A DNA stretch of 63,732 bases, filler included, from Octopus bimaculoides (taxonomy: Eukaryota), in NCBI RefSeq assembly GCF_001194135.2. It is 8 parts of 5 records of this genome, joined end to end, with 100 filler letters (N's around TTAATTAATTAA, not from the genome) between each part and the next. Parts side by side here need not be neighbours in the genome. Positions count along the whole stretch, not along the records: positions 1 to 19,939 come from NC_068981.1; 7 more parts are not named here. One strand, 5' to 3'. The stretch's first letter is position 1, and each line of letters starts with the position of its first letter. The position numbers and the translations under genes were made by a program. The notes under the pieces were generated by a model, which made no database searches, was not told the DNA's origin, and saw only the letters and a list, made by a program, of their open reading frames with translations. Positions 1 through 12,892 of the stretch are shown one piece after another.

Positions 1-289
1 CCCGACCTTGCTCCTTCAGACTACCATTTGTTTCGTAGTTTACAGAATCATTTGGGGGGCATAACTTTCGCAAGCCAGGAGGAGGTCGAAACTGACATTT
101 CTGAGTTCATTGCTTTGAAACCAAAAGAGTTTTACATTGATGGGATTAAAAAGCTTGTAAATAGATGGAAGGAAGTCATAGATAATCAGGGAAAATACAT
201 TGATGATTAAATTTCAATTAGATATAACATTTGATTACTTGTTTTCTTTATTCAAAATTCGGACAGAACTTATGGGATGACCTGATGTA
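1..289 (+). mobile_element. 3' end of a mariner (DD34D) transposon, with right TIR
   Basis: Frame 1 reads PDLAPSDYHLFRSLQNHLGG...GIKKLVNRWKEVIDNQGKYIDD* (stop 208-210); TIR-like end ...ttatgggatgacctgat followed by (g)ta. Confidence 0.9.
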
Positions 290-385
290 TATATTGAAAA
301 AATATTTTGAAAAGAAGTAAGAAATTATAGAATAATGAAGGAACCCAAACAAATAAACGAAAATACCAATGTTTAAGATGATACA

Positions 386-626
386 CAGTGGCGGACTGGC
401 CAGGTTGCGAGCTTGCCCGATGGCAAGTGAGCCCCTGCGCCATTAGAATCCATATATGGGGGACCATCTCCTCAAGTTTGAGAATTTTTTATTCACTCCT
501 GGAAGAATGCATTAATTATTTCAGCCTAGCTGTGTTTGTAGACAGTTGAAAAGAATACATTTAACAAACAAAAAAAATTAAATGATAGCATTGTAGTTGC
601 GGGTGGGCCCCCTTAGGCCGCCACTG
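386..626. mobile_element. Small hAT-like MITE
   Basis: Termini CAGTGGCGGACT / AGGCCGCCACTG (11/12 inverted match); GATACA flanks both ends (imperfect target duplication in CA-rich context). Confidence 0.6.
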
Positions 627-947
627 GATACACACTATTACAACTAAGACAGTGAAAAGATCACCATAAGAGGGCAGTATTAATCAATTCGGTCAACAAA
701 CCCCACTCTATAGCAGCTGACCACCTGATGGGTTCAGAATTTATTGAGGAGAGTTACCTCTTGAATGAAATAGAACAAAAAGATGTACTACCATCCTTAA
801 ATCGGCTGAATGAATGGCAAATAAATCCAGCACCACCACACACACCTCCATCCCCATATTACTACCATTTCTTCCTGTACTCTCATCACCTACCTCCCCC
901 TACCAAGTACATATATGTATCTGTAAATATGCAAACGCAATTCATAC

Positions 948-1025
948 CTAGTGTCTCCAGTTCAGAATTCTCTGTCTCCTCAGCCTCAGGTTCTAACTCG
1001 TCTGGTATCGTATCCTCTTCGAATT
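948..1025 (-). CDS. Secreted acidic protein, coding exon 6 (78 bp, (E)FEEDTIPDELEPEAEETENSELETL); gene continues beyond window start
   Basis: tttcctccatttcaattttctag|AATTCGAA...GACACTAG|gtatgaatt; phase 1-1; paralogue of exon 5; no stop codon reached within the window. Confidence 0.87.
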
Positions 1026-1631
1026 CTAGAAAATTGAAATGGAGGAAAGTTATTATTCGAAGTTTTAATACTAAATATTTAAAGATCTTTTTCTTTTTGT
1101 TATTTGAATATTTGCCTTCATACTGGTAAGAAGGGATTCACATCCCTCTGATACATCCAATAATGCAGTATCACCTGATGAAATGAATCAATGATGATGA
1201 TGAACCAGATGCCCGCTCAAAATCATGTAATTTGTGGAANNNNNNNNNNNNNNNNNNNNNNNNNNNNNNNNNNNNNNNNNNNNNNNNNNNNNNNNNNNNN
1301 NNNNNNNNNNNNNNNNNNNNNNNNNNNNNNNNNNNNNNNNNNNNNNNNNNNNNNNNNNNNNNNNNNNNNNNNNNNNNNNNNNNNNNNNNNNNNNNNNNNN
1401 NNNNNNNNNNNNNNNNNNNNNNNNNNNNNNNNNNNNNNNNNNNNNNNNNNNNNNNNNNNNNNNNNNNNNNNNNNNNNNNNNNNNNNNNNNNNNNNNNNNN
1501 NNNNNNNNNNNNNNNNNNNNNNNNNNNNNNNNNNNNNNNNNNNNNNNNNNNNNNNNNNNNNNNNNNNNNNNNNNNNNNNNNNNNNNNNNNNNNNNNNNNN
1601 NNNNNNNNNNNNNNNNNNNNNNNNNNNNNNN

Positions 1632-1680
<49 letters not shown>

Positions 1681-1684
1681 CACA

Positions 1685-2365
1685 TAGGGTGCGGTGAATA
1701 AATTGACATCCAAATTATGCAAAAATGAAAATAACACTAACAACTCATTTTAACAGATATATTTACCAAAATTGCATAAAAATATCTTGAAATGCTAAAG
1801 AGTAAATTTATTCAATAAAATCGCCATTGGCTTCAACTACTGCCTCCAGATGACTTCGGAATTTCCTGCATCTCTTCTGGACGGTCCATAATACTGCCAT
1901 AATCCTTGCCTTCAGTTCATCTTTGGTGTTGCAAGGAGTTTTGTTGGTCTCTCACTCAACTGCACCCCACACATAATTATCAAGGGACTTGCAGTCTGGG
2001 GAGTTAGGTGGCCAGATGTTAGGGGTGATGTGGTCGCATAAATTGTCTGACAGCCATGACTAGGTTCTCCTGCTTGTGTGGCATGGTGCAGAGTTTTGTT
2101 GCCAGACATAGAGTCTTCTAGCAGCCACCATCTTGACCCAGGGCAGCACTACCTTCCCCAAGCACTTGATGTAGCTCTCTGTGTTGAGTGTGAGACCATG
2201 TGGGAAGATGAATGGAGTCATGACGTCATCACTAGTGATCATTCCAAACGCCATGATATGATTGGATGTTTGATTGTTATCACTCTCGGTACATGTTTTG
2301 GGGACACAAAAAGCCAACGGTAGTTCTGTGTGTTCACCATCTGATCCTGGATAGATCTGCATAAA
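1685..2365 (-). mobile_element. Tc1/mariner maT-type (DD37D) transposon, 3' half, pseudogenised
   Basis: Minus strand QDQMVNTQNYRW...VMTPFIFPHGLTLNTESYIKCL...WQQNSAPCHTSRRT*SWLSDNLCDHITPNIWPPNSPDCKSLDNYVWG...VEANGDFIE*; 37 residues between catalytic positions 2 (D to N here) and 3; in-frame stops. Confidence 0.88.
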
Positions 2366-2645
2366 ATTAAGACTAGCAAACGACAACCGCCACCCAGAGT
2401 GTCAGATTACTAAAGGAAGATGACAAGGCTACTAAGACGATAGCAACACTTGGAGACCCGCATTCTATTTCTCACTACCTAAAGAAATCCAAATAACAGT
2501 ACTTGGTCAATGAAACATTTGTCAACGGATGACATGCGGCTTCGTGCCGTACGAAGTCGGCCACCGCAGCTTTTCAAATAGCCCGGTTCACTATTTCCTG
2601 TTGGAGGTTGGTCTGGAACGCAAACAAAGAAGCAAAGAATATATT

Positions 2646-2705
<60 letters not shown>

Positions 2706-2740
2706 CGTGTGTATGTAAACATATACATTTATAAATACAC

Positions 2741-2770
<30 letters not shown>

Positions 2771-2771
<1 letters not shown>

Positions 2772-3933
2772 TCAGGTTGGTGCAAAGGTAATGGCCGATG
2801 TTTTAGAAAACAGTTTTAGACAGTATTTTTTTAAATTGTAGCTCTTGCAATGTTTTAAGAATATAACTCAGTAATTTATACATTTTCCTTTCAGATTCTA
2901 ATTGTATTGGTCATAATCTTCTGCTATATTCACACCCATGTTCCTCCTATCTAAAGACCACATTAGACATGTCTTCCTCTATGAGTTTCATAAAGGTTTC
3001 AATGCAAGCACAACAGCAAAGTCTTTTCAGAGAGTTTATGGGGATGATGTAGTGAGTGAAAGAAGCTGCAGGAGATAGGTTCCGCTTCAGAAGTAGGGAC
3101 TTGAGTTTGAAAGACGAGCCAAAAGAAGTCGTTCAAAACAACTTGATTCTGAATAGTTGGAAGCTGTTGTCACAGAAAATCCAACCGCTACTTGTAGAGA
3201 ACTTGCAGAACAGTTTAACGTAGCTCGTACAACTGTTCTATCTCAACTGAAAAGGATCGCAAAGGTTTTAGTGGTTGAAAATGGGTCTCCAGAGAATCTG
3301 CAACAGCGTGTTGTTTGTTGTCAGTCATTGCTTTCACGACATCTTAAGAAACCATTTTTCGGGAGGCTTGTTACAGGTGATGAGAAGTGGATTCTTTACC
3401 ATTACATTAAACGTCAGCGATTGTGGATCAGTCGAAGAGAAAGACCTGCTCAACAACCAAGAAGAGGACTTCATTCAAGGAAGATCACGTTGAGTGTATG
3501 GTGGGATATTGAAGGAATTGTTCATTACGAACTGTTAGGCAACAATCAAAGAATTGCTGTTAATCTCTACCATGATCAACTTCATCGTTTGAAAGCTTTG
3601 ATCAGAAAGCAACCTTGTTTAATCAACAGAAAGGGTGTCATCTTCCACCATGATAGTCCTTGTTTGGGATGTTGCTTCATCCTTCATATTCTCCAGACCT
3701 TGCTCCTTCTGATTATCACTTGTTTTGGGGACTACATAACCATTTGAATGGTCTTAGGTTGACATCAAGGGAAGAGGTTGGAAATAAGTTGGATTCATAT
3801 TTCGCATCAAAACCTAAGCAATTTTACAAGTGTGGCATTTATAAGCTTGTTGACAGATGGAATGAAGTTCTAGAAATCAATGATCTTTTAATAGAGACCT
3901 TAAAATCGGCTACTACCTTTGCACCAACCTGAT
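2771..3933 (+). mobile_element. Near full-length mariner (DD34D) element with both TIRs; transposase disrupted
   Basis: TIRs atcaggttggtgcaaaggtaatggccgatgtttta (2771-) and taaaatcggctactacctttgcaccaacctgat (3901-3933); ORF from ATG 2938 MFLLSKDHIRHVFLYEFHKG..., TGDEKW, HHDS, YSPDLAPSDYHLF; stops and frameshifts. Confidence 0.95.
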
Positions 3934-3987
3934 TGATATATATATATACATAAATACATACATACATAAATGCATACGTATGTATGT

Positions 3988-4044
<57 letters not shown>

Positions 4045-4100
4045 NNNNNNNNNNTGTGTGTGTGTGTGTGCGTGTGTGTGTGTGTGTGTGTAGTTCATAC

Positions 4101-4178
4101 CTGGTGTCTCCAGCTTTAAATTCTCTGTCTCCTCACCCTCAGTCTCAAACTCATCTGATATCATATTCTCCTCGAACT
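4101..4178 (-). CDS. Secreted acidic protein, coding exon 5 (78 bp, (E)FEENMISDEFETEGEETENLKLETP)
   Basis: ttctccctttttatttctctag|AGTTCGAG...GACACCAG|gtatgaac; phase 1-1; about 63/78 nt identical to exon 6 by hand alignment. Confidence 0.87.
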
Positions 4179-4794
4179 CTAGAGAAATAAAAAGGGAGAA
4201 ACCATTTGTATAAAATGTTAATATTAAATATTTTAAGTGTTTTATACTTTTAGAATATTTGTGAGGCAATGCAAAAATCATTCACAATAACACAACGCAT
4301 ATCTCTTCCTTAACGGGTAAATACAAGAATATTTATGAACAAGTACTTCAAAATCTACAGCTTCTTTAGCTTGATAAAATCGCCACACATTTAAAAATAA
4401 TTATTACAGCACTTGGTTTTCTTATTGAACCCTTCTTTGGCAGCTTTGAGCGTCTATGATTTTTCTGCAAGCAAGGTGTTCACATAAAATATGCCTACAT
4501 AAAATACATCTATTTTCAACTGATATCTGTAAGATACCAGTTAAAAGTAGATACGAAAAATAATAAAGACTCTACTGAGAGATAAATTCATACATTTTCG
4601 TTGATGTATTCAAATTCAAGCATTGTATTTTTACCTTTTAACATTTAAACTACCACTTCTTCTCAACTATAAAAACACATATTTAAAGACAGAAAAAACA
4701 CATGCATGCATTCAATCAACCATTACAGGCATTTATGTATAAATACTTACCTGCGTACGTACATGCATGCTTTCACACATGTAATTTATGTATG

Positions 4795-4847
<53 letters not shown>

Positions 4848-4989
4848 GTACACATGCATGCATGTATGTATGTATGTATGTATATGTATGTGAATGCACG
4901 TAAGTATATATAAACATATATATATATACACACAAACACACTGTGATAAGGTGCTATGTCCGGATTGTCGGCAGCCAGTGGTTTGAAGT

Positions 4990-5410
4990 TCACCAGGAGA
5001 ACATACCTCTGGTGACTGCAATAAGACAATTCGTATTACCTGTTAATAAATACTGCAGATTGATAGAGAATGTGAAGTTTTTCACGAAGATAGAGCTGGC
5101 AATTACGGGCGCTGCGTGAATAAGGTGGTTTCCTGTCAATGATGGTCCATTTGATGCTGAGCGTCTTATCCTAGAAGTCACGGATCCTCCAGAGGAATCA
5201 AGACAAAGAAGTCGAATTCTCTCAATCCCTGCATCTGATCGAGTGCATGTGCTGTGTGTATCAGCCAAATCATTGGCTGTCATGTCCATGTAGTGCCTTG
5301 TAATGACATTGGATGGTGTGAGAGTGCCTCTGTAGACTTACAGCCCTCGAGAGGCAAGATCCTCCTAGAGGGAAGCCGGTAGGGTTTAGGCAGTTGCAGG
5401 TTGGGGTTGG
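4990..5410 (-). mobile_element. Penelope-like element, GIY-YIG endonuclease remnant
   Basis: Across frameshifts: CNCLNPTGFPLGGSCLSRAV-VYRGTLTPSN...RHYMDMT...IKWTIIDRKPPYSRSARNCQLYLREKLHIL...YCSHQRY, matching the PLE CNC-CPLxGxC / VY / YIG / C-x-H layout. Confidence 0.75.
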
Positions 5411-6884
5411 GGGTTGTAAGAGTGTATGTTTGTGTCCGTAGTAGCGTGACCCTCCTTGACTAATGGCAGCCTATCTTTCGGTAGCCATCTTGGACTTCTT
5501 GGATCCCCCCATTCAGCGTCCCAGAAGCCTGAAAGAGTCGGGTTCCGTTAGGAGCCAGCGAAAGTTGAAGTAGCACAGAACCGAACCAAACTGAAATATA
5601 GGAGAATTGATTTGGAAGACGAAAATGCAGTTGTGTCATAAAATGAAATGTTGCATTAAAAAATACGATTCTGGGTAGTTTTAATAGTCATTCTGTCATC
5701 AGAACATCCGATTTGACAATACTACGCAGTTAACTCTTACTCCATCCTCCCTTCCTTCTCCTCTCTATTTTTCCTCTCTGTCTTCCTCTCATCTATTTAT
5801 CCTGAGTTATCTGTACATCCCTGTTTAAAGAAATAGATTAGTTTGTAGCAATGTCCGATCATTGTTTTATAGCCCGTTGACCTCTAAAATCTTCGTTGGT
5901 TAAAGATTGCTAGCACTCGGTGTGTTTTCACTCTCTTCAATGATGCATAACTGAGAAGGTCAATCCACATCTTGTGGTATTTTTTTCTCTGAGCCAAATT
6001 TTTAGTCACCTGAGGAAAATAGTCTTTCGATTACATAATCGAACTATTCATCAATAAAAATGCGTTTGGAATAGCATCTTTAAATTTTACATTATTTATT
6101 GATTTACTCGTATCCCCGATCCTTTATTTTTAAGTTAGCTTTGTATCTTTTTATCTTATTGGTACCTTTTCCTTCAATATATGTATTTTTTATATACTGT
6201 TGCTACATTAATCTATAAATATTGTTCTTAATTATTAATCCTAAAATTTTAAATCCTCCTTACTGTTGGGCATCTATTTCTAGCATTTTAGCTCTCATTA
6301 ATGGTTGGTAAACCACAGCAGCAAAGCTCTTCCTAACCACCCAAGACCGATATTTATCTATTTAGCTTTGGTCTCCCTACGTCCATTTGATTACTCTTAC
6401 CCCCCACCCTCCTCGATAGCCTACCTTCATAATATGTCAATTGCTTTATTTCTCTTTGACTTTGTCATTCCCTATGACCTTTCACCCTGACACTACCGTG
6501 TGTGTGTGTGTGTGTGTGTGTTTGTGTGTGCGCGCGTGTGTGTATGCGCATGTGTGCGTGTATGTATGTACTTCGAAATTCGCAGGTTCTTTATCTTGAT
6601 TAAAAATACACATTACAAATAATTACTACTACATTTTGATATGTGAATGCTTCAGTAACAATTTTGAAAAGTCACCATTTTTCTCAAAGATATTATCTTG
6701 TTGCATAAATCTTACGAATACAATGTTTCTACGTAGGTTCTTATGTATGTAGTATGTACACATTCATATATATACATATAGACACACACACATGGTGCGG
6801 TTCTTTGTATGAGTATACGAATGTGTGTCTCACTGTGTCTCTATATGTATGCACATGTTTTGTGTGTGCATGTATAACACATAC

Positions 6885-6962
6885 CTGACATTTCCATTCC
6901 TGTATCTCGAATCGACTCGGTCTCAAGCGTCATCGTCTCAGGTATAATACTCTCGTCCGTTT
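6885..6962 (-). CDS. Secreted acidic protein, coding exon 4 (78 bp, (E)TDESIIPETMTLETESIRDTGMEMS)
   Basis: cttccatttatttatgtag|AAACGGAC...AATGTCAG|gtatgt; phase 1-1; same length as, and gapless alignment to, exons 5 and 6. Confidence 0.82.
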
Positions 6963-7044
6963 CTACATAAATAAATGGAAGAGACATATTATTACAAATG
7001 CTATAATACCTAATGTTTAATGTATTTTTCTTATTTCTTTTTTC

Positions 7045-7245
7045 TTTTACTTGTTTTAATAATTTGACTGTGGCCATGCTGGAGCACCGCCTTTAGTCGA
7101 ACAAATCGACCCAGGATTTATTCTTTGTAAGCCTAGTACTTATTCTCTCGGTTTCTTTTGCCGGACCGCTATGTTAGGGCACGTAAACACGCCAACATCG
7201 GTTGTCAAGCAATGGTGGGAGGGGGGACAAACACAGACACACAAA
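7045..7245 (-). mobile_element. tRNA-derived SINE family B, 3' part
   Basis: Matches 63430-63732 copy (gactgtggccatgctggagcaccgcctttagtcga...aagcctagtacttattct); runs into an N gap. Confidence 0.85.
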
Positions 7246-8613
7246 TGCATATATATATNNNNNNNNNNNNNNNNNNNNNNNNNNNNNNNNNNNNNNNNNN
7301 NNNNNNNNNNNNNNNNNNNNNNNNNNNNNNNNNNNNNNNNNNNNNNNNNNNNNNNNACACACACACACACACACACACATATATACTAATAAAAGTGAAG
7401 TCCAATTTTGCTTGCTTGTAATGTTACACAGCCAAACTGGCACATAATGGGAAAATACTATGAATTAAGTTTCCCCTAAAATGTTAATACGAACAGAATA
7501 CAATAAGTTTCGCGTAAATCGGACCAGTAGTTATTGTGATATTCGGGGTTTGGGGGTATAAATACCCAAAACGGTGCATAATGGGAAAATATTCCGAATA
7601 TAACTTCATCCTGAAAGAGAAGAAATTCTAACCTTTCGATTAGACACAGTGATTTGACAACGAAAAAATACGATTTGTTTTTTACAGTAAATGATTCTAT
7701 TTTCGCTTTTATTAAACACAATACTTTAATCATTTAGAGATATTTTTAAGTGAATGTGATTTCAAAAATGTAAGTTGTTTGTACAGTAAGTATTTATATT
7801 TTAGCTTTCTTTAAACAGACGATATTTTAATGCTTTTTGAAATTATTCTCAAGTGAATACCATTACAAAACTTTGTCTTAAAACGAAAATGACTTTAAAA
7901 ATGCGGTAAATATTTCATAAAAGATCCGTTCGTAACCTCGGTGTGAAATAATTTTTTTCGATAGGTTTTTTACGAATGCATTCAACATATCTCATCTCCA
8001 AAGATTTGGCTGCTATTTCTAGCACACGCTGCTACCACGTAACAGCTATTTGCGATAAAGGACCCGAAATACCTGTTACGTAGTAGCAGGGCGTGCAGGA
8101 AATAGCAGCCAAATATTTCCTTTTCTGGGTAAGGAGCCGTTTACGCGTGATTTCGATGTCACATTCGTTGAAATAACCAACGGTCACGGGTAGTCTAGTA
8201 TATGACTCACTACTGACCCTTCCATCTACGCACACATCCAAACACACACACACGGCCACACCCACTCATTCACACTCCTGTTACTATAGCTGCTGGCCTT
8301 TCAGAGAGACATTAACACACGCACAAACGCGCGCGCGCACACACACACACACAGATCCTACCACACACACACGCTATCATACTCATACACACAGTTACCA
8401 CCACATGCACACACGCTACCACGCACACAGACATACACACACATGCAGTTACTGTTGCACACACACGCGCTAGCATACATACACACATATACATACCGAC
8501 CATCTTCACACTCTCCTGTCCCAGAAAGCACTTTTTCTCCGCCTTCTACTTCCAGTCACTTCTCCTCTTTCTACTTCCGGTCCTTCTTTCCCTTTGGACT
8601 TTCCTGTTTATTC

Positions 8614-8650
8614 TGTTTCCGACGAAGAGCTATACTCGAAACGTAAAACA
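8614..8650 (+). ncRNA. Degenerate minimal hammerhead ribozyme motif (PLE terminus)
   Basis: TGTTT-CCGACGA-A-GAG(CTATA)CTC-GAAAC-GTA-AAACA; helix I TGTTT/AAACA; core U4 changed to C. Confidence 0.6.
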
Positions 8651-9068
8651 ACAACTCTCTTCTTTCTCCGAGCGTCTTATTAATACATTACTTGTGCTAC
8701 GACCGCACGTTTGTTTCTTCTTCTTCTTCTTCTTCTTTGTTTTTTGAATTGGCTATATATGTGTATGTGTGTGTATGTATGTATATATACACATGTATAT
8801 ATATGTATGTATGTATATATGTATGTATATATGCTTGTATGCATGTATATATGTATATATACACATGCATATATATGTACGTATGTATATATGTATGTAT
8901 GCATGTGTGTATGTATGTATGTATGTATGTATGTATGTATGTATGTATGTACATAGGTAATCTCTTGGTTGCTGGAGATATGTATGTTTATACACGTGTA
9001 CGCTTAAATATATCTACAGATGTGTACTAAAGATTGCTAGATACAGAGATATATACGATAATGTTGTC

Positions 9069-9341
9069 AGTTTCAACAGAATTGATAAGGAGCATTCTGC
9101 CTCACTGGCGGACCTAATATAAAAACTAAAAGACAATGGAATAAAATATAGTATTATTTGGTCCATAACAAATAATGCATACCCGTATGAACCCTTTTCT
9201 AGAAATTGCTATTTATGTTCAGAGAAATCCTTATGCATTTTGTTGAATGAAGAGAACTTAATCAACGAATACTCCGAAAGATTAATAAGATGTAACCATA
9301 GACCTAAGTACACATTTTCACTATATAACATGAACAATTAA
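9069..9341 (+). mobile_element. Penelope-like element, endonuclease C-terminus
   Basis: SFNRIDKEHSASLADLI*KLKDNGIKYSIIWSITNNAYPYEPFSRNCYLCSEKSL...NLINEYSERLIRCNHRPKY; typical PLE W-x-I, C-x-LC-EK and C-x-H tail. Confidence 0.8.
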
Positions 9342-10279
9342 TTAATTAATTAATGTGACTATCAATAGCTAGCAAGATTAATTTTTGCTGAAATGTTAAG
9401 GTCAATTTAAATTTCCGATTGTTTGTTTTGTTCTATTCTGATCGCATGTATATTTTATGGTTTTATTTAATGGTGTTTTGTCATCGGTGTATCACATTTT
9501 ACTTGTTTCTTTTATTTTATTTCTGATGCCTTGTACTCTTCTTTTTCTATTGCTTATATGAAAAGAATTCTTCATCGTATCTTATCTATGGAGACGCATA
9601 GTTCTCTACAATTAACAAAACGTATTGTTATAGAAATAAACGAAAGGGCAAATCAAAACGAGGTACTTTATGAGAAGTTACCTGAAGAGGCACCTCTGCG
9701 CCTACGCTGCACCACGACTCTTTGTACAACATCTCCATCTGCAAAGTACCGGAGCATGATGGGTCGAAACGATCGTAGTGAATGAATAAAATATAGAAGA
9801 TAGTGAATTCTATTTCCTTTTTATCCTCACTTAAATGTAGATATTCTGTTAGAACAAACTATACTGCGGTAGTTACCACGAGAAAAACTCTCATATTGGC
9901 TTTTGGTGCAAAATGCACTCTTGTTAATATCGCTGGCGGGAAGGTAAATCCCCCCCTTACACACACACCTCCAGCAGAGACTACCAGATCATGTGATTTT
10001 GACCTTCTTTGGACTTGTCAATGATGGAGGCTTGGCCGCTAGAAATAGCAGTGAATCATCTCCTCACCAGCGATATATAAAATAAGAGCTAGAACAGGCA
10101 CTGGTGTTGCGATTAGCCAGTGAGCTTGATAAAGAACGTCCGCGTGTAAGTTGGGATGAATATTACCTCTCAATATTAATACTGCCTCTGTCGTTAATAT
10201 ATATCTATTTTCTTTCTCTAATATTTTTATATGTTCATGTGTGTGTGTGTGTGCGTGCGTGTGTGTGTGTAATTCATAC

Positions 10280-10345
10280 CTTCCATCTCCTGTTTCATAT
10301 CCCGCATCAGCTCGGCTTCAGGCATCTCCTCATTTGACTCATATT
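10280..10345 (-). CDS. Secreted acidic protein, coding exon 3 (66 bp, (Q)YESNEEMPEAELMRDMKQEME)
   Basis: ccattttatttctgcag|AATATGAG...GATGGAAG|gtatgaatt; phase 1-1, open, Glu-rich; flanks resemble those of exons 4-6. Confidence 0.82.
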
Positions 10346-10949
10346 CTGCAGAAATAAAATGGATGAAACACATTATTTAAAACTTTAATATTTAATATTT
10401 CATGTTTTCATGTTATTGTTTCTAAATTACTGTGACTAAGCAGAAAGACTATGTACACTCAGATGTTCTGCGGATGTGAACATCTCTTCAATAACCACTG
10501 TGTAGGAAAATATATAAGGTCAGCTACTTAGAAACCTGCAACTTTTTGTTGATTAAAAATGTTAGCAATAAAAATTATTGAAGCGCATAGGGCGATGAGC
10601 TGGCAGAATCGTTAGCACACTTAGCGTCATTTCGTCCTTGCGTTTGTGTTTTCGTTTTGCTAAGGTGAGTAGTGGTGGTGGCGACGGCGGTGGTACTATG
10701 GATTTGTCGGTTTTGTGTGTGTGTGGTTTCGGTGATACTATTGTGATTGAGTGATTCGTTCAGAGCTGTTGTAACTTTTTAAAATTTTATATTATCTTTT
10801 TCTTTTCTTTTATTTGCTTAGCTAGTCCTCCACCTTCCAAGATATTTTCACGTCGGAAAGATTCTATGCAGGAGAAGGTAAATTTGCATGTGTGTCCATG
10901 TATGTATACTTAAAAAGAGGAGCTAGAGAGAGAGCCATAGGGAGGGAAT

Positions 10950-11335
10950 TATCTTGGATATTTTCCTGAGTGGTGGGTTTTGGTTCTGTTGCTGTGGGTG
11001 TCCTTCTGGCTATTGTTGATCTTGCTGTTTCTACGAGCCTTGGTGTTGATGTTGCTACAGTTGTTCTTGTTCCCTTCTATGCTGGTGCTCTTGTACTCTG
11101 TTGGCGCTGTGCTGTCGACTGTAGTGGAGAACATCTCTTTCCTGCATTTTATTGAGAACAGAAAGCTCTCAATCTGTCCTCCGAACCACTCTGGTGGTAT
11201 CTTGGCTTTTTGTCCTCAACCACAACGCGCATCTCCATATATTTTCCACCTCCTTCGGTTACATCTGCAGGAGGATCTCCACTGTAGTCCCAGATCAAAA
11301 CTCCATCTCCGTTCGTTTCACTTCGAAGGACCTGT
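10950..11335 (-). mobile_element. Decayed LINE ORF1-like fragment (L1/Tx1 type)
   Basis: VLIWDYSGDPPADVTEGGGKYMEMRVVVEDKKPRYHQSGSEDRLRAFCSQ*: Y-x2-S-x4-R-x4-C keeps the CX2CX4HX4C knuckle spacing, followed by T/S/P/A-rich low-complexity coding. Confidence 0.45.
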
Positions 11336-11379
11336 TACTGCTTTTCAAAGTGATACAGGGCGGGGGAATGGTAATCGCA

Positions 11380-11468
11380 TTTGGTGGAAGTTGAACTCAG
11401 AATGTAAAGTCGGAACAAACGCCGCTGAGCACTTTGTCCGGCGTGTCAACGATTCTGCGAGCTTGGCA
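11380..11468 (-). mobile_element. tRNA-derived SINE family A, head fragment
   Basis: Reverse complement gagct-gcagaatcgttgacacgccggacaaagtgctcagcggc...ttctgagttcaa matches copies at 21615, 35236 and 46679. Confidence 0.7.
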
Positions 11469-11544
<76 letters not shown>

Positions 11545-11545
<1 letters not shown>

Positions 11546-12076
11546 GGATGCAGTACCAGGCAGTGGCTCTCATGGCTTCTGATCTTAACTGATTGGAAGT
11601 GTTATCATGTACATTGTTTTGTCTTGGTATAAAAAGATGGGCTACAGCAAATATTCTGCTTAATACCACAGATTTNNNNNNNNNNNNNNNNNNNNNNNNN
11701 NNNNNNNNNNNNNNNNNNNNNNNNNNNNNNNNNNNNNNNNNNNNNNNNNNNNNNNNNNNNNNNNNNNNNNNNGTTCTTTGGGGTTTGAATAATTCACCTT
11801 TGGAAACATGGGTGTTTTGCTCAACATCCTTAAACAAACCTTATTCAGGGACCTTTTGAGCGGGATGGGCTACTCGACCTGAAGAAAATTCTAACTGGGC
11901 CCCATCTGCAAGGTCATGCGCTGTTTATCTTGATATGAGATCACCATGTCGCGTACATATGGTTGTGATGCATGTGCCTGGTGTACCCTTATCAGACGGG
12001 TAGTCATGATGAGTATAATGGGCTTCGTATATTTTACCCCAGTGTCACTTTGATGGCATGCACTGCTCTCTCACTC
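11545..12076 (+). mobile_element. About 510-bp non-coding element flanked by (AAT)n, copy 1 (contains an N gap)
   Basis: gatgcagtaccaggcagtggctctcatggc...ctgctctctcactc(aat)n; collinear with 13360-13864; no tRNA A/B boxes seen. Confidence 0.85.
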
Positions 12077-12097
12077 AATAATAATAATAATAATAAT

Positions 12098-12281
12098 AGT
12101 AACTGCAGAATATGTGGTGATGAAGAAGAAACAATAAATCATATTGGCTCTGGTTACCCAGTCCTGACTAAGAGGGAATATATTCACAGACACGACAGGG
12201 TGCAGGTAGCAAGCCCACTAAGCATGTAAGGCTTCAGGAGCTCCAACAAAACTTGTGATAAAGAGAAATAATAATAATAAT

Positions 12282-12350
<69 letters not shown>

Positions 12351-12892
12351 AATAATACTATGGAATGACAACAGAAAAAAGATGGTATAGGCATACGCCA
12401 GAAAAGGGCATAGGAAATGAGAAAGTATCCACACTCTGGGATATGCCAATACAGACAGATAGAGAAATTAAGGCCAATAGGCCGGATATAGTTGTCAGAG
12501 ATTACTAAGAAAAAATGTTTTCTCATTGATGTATCAGTACCAACAGATGACAACGTTTTTCTAGAAGAAACGGAGTAACTTTCAAAATACAAAGATCTGG
12601 AAATAGAGGTAACTCGAATGTAGAGCCTAAGAACAGAAACAATTCCTATCATAGTAGGCGCATTAGGTATGGTTAAAAAAAAACATTCAGACAAATGCAT
12701 AATAAATACACCAGGACTTACAAGTATATATAACATACAGAAGATAGCACTAACTAGGCACCGCACACATCCTACGTAAAACACCTTCAATACAGTGAAA
12801 AGAAGAGCACTATAATAAACCACAACACTTACCCAAGGCACATGGAGCTACGCTCGGTAGTGCAATAAAAGCAAGAGATTAAATTAATACTA

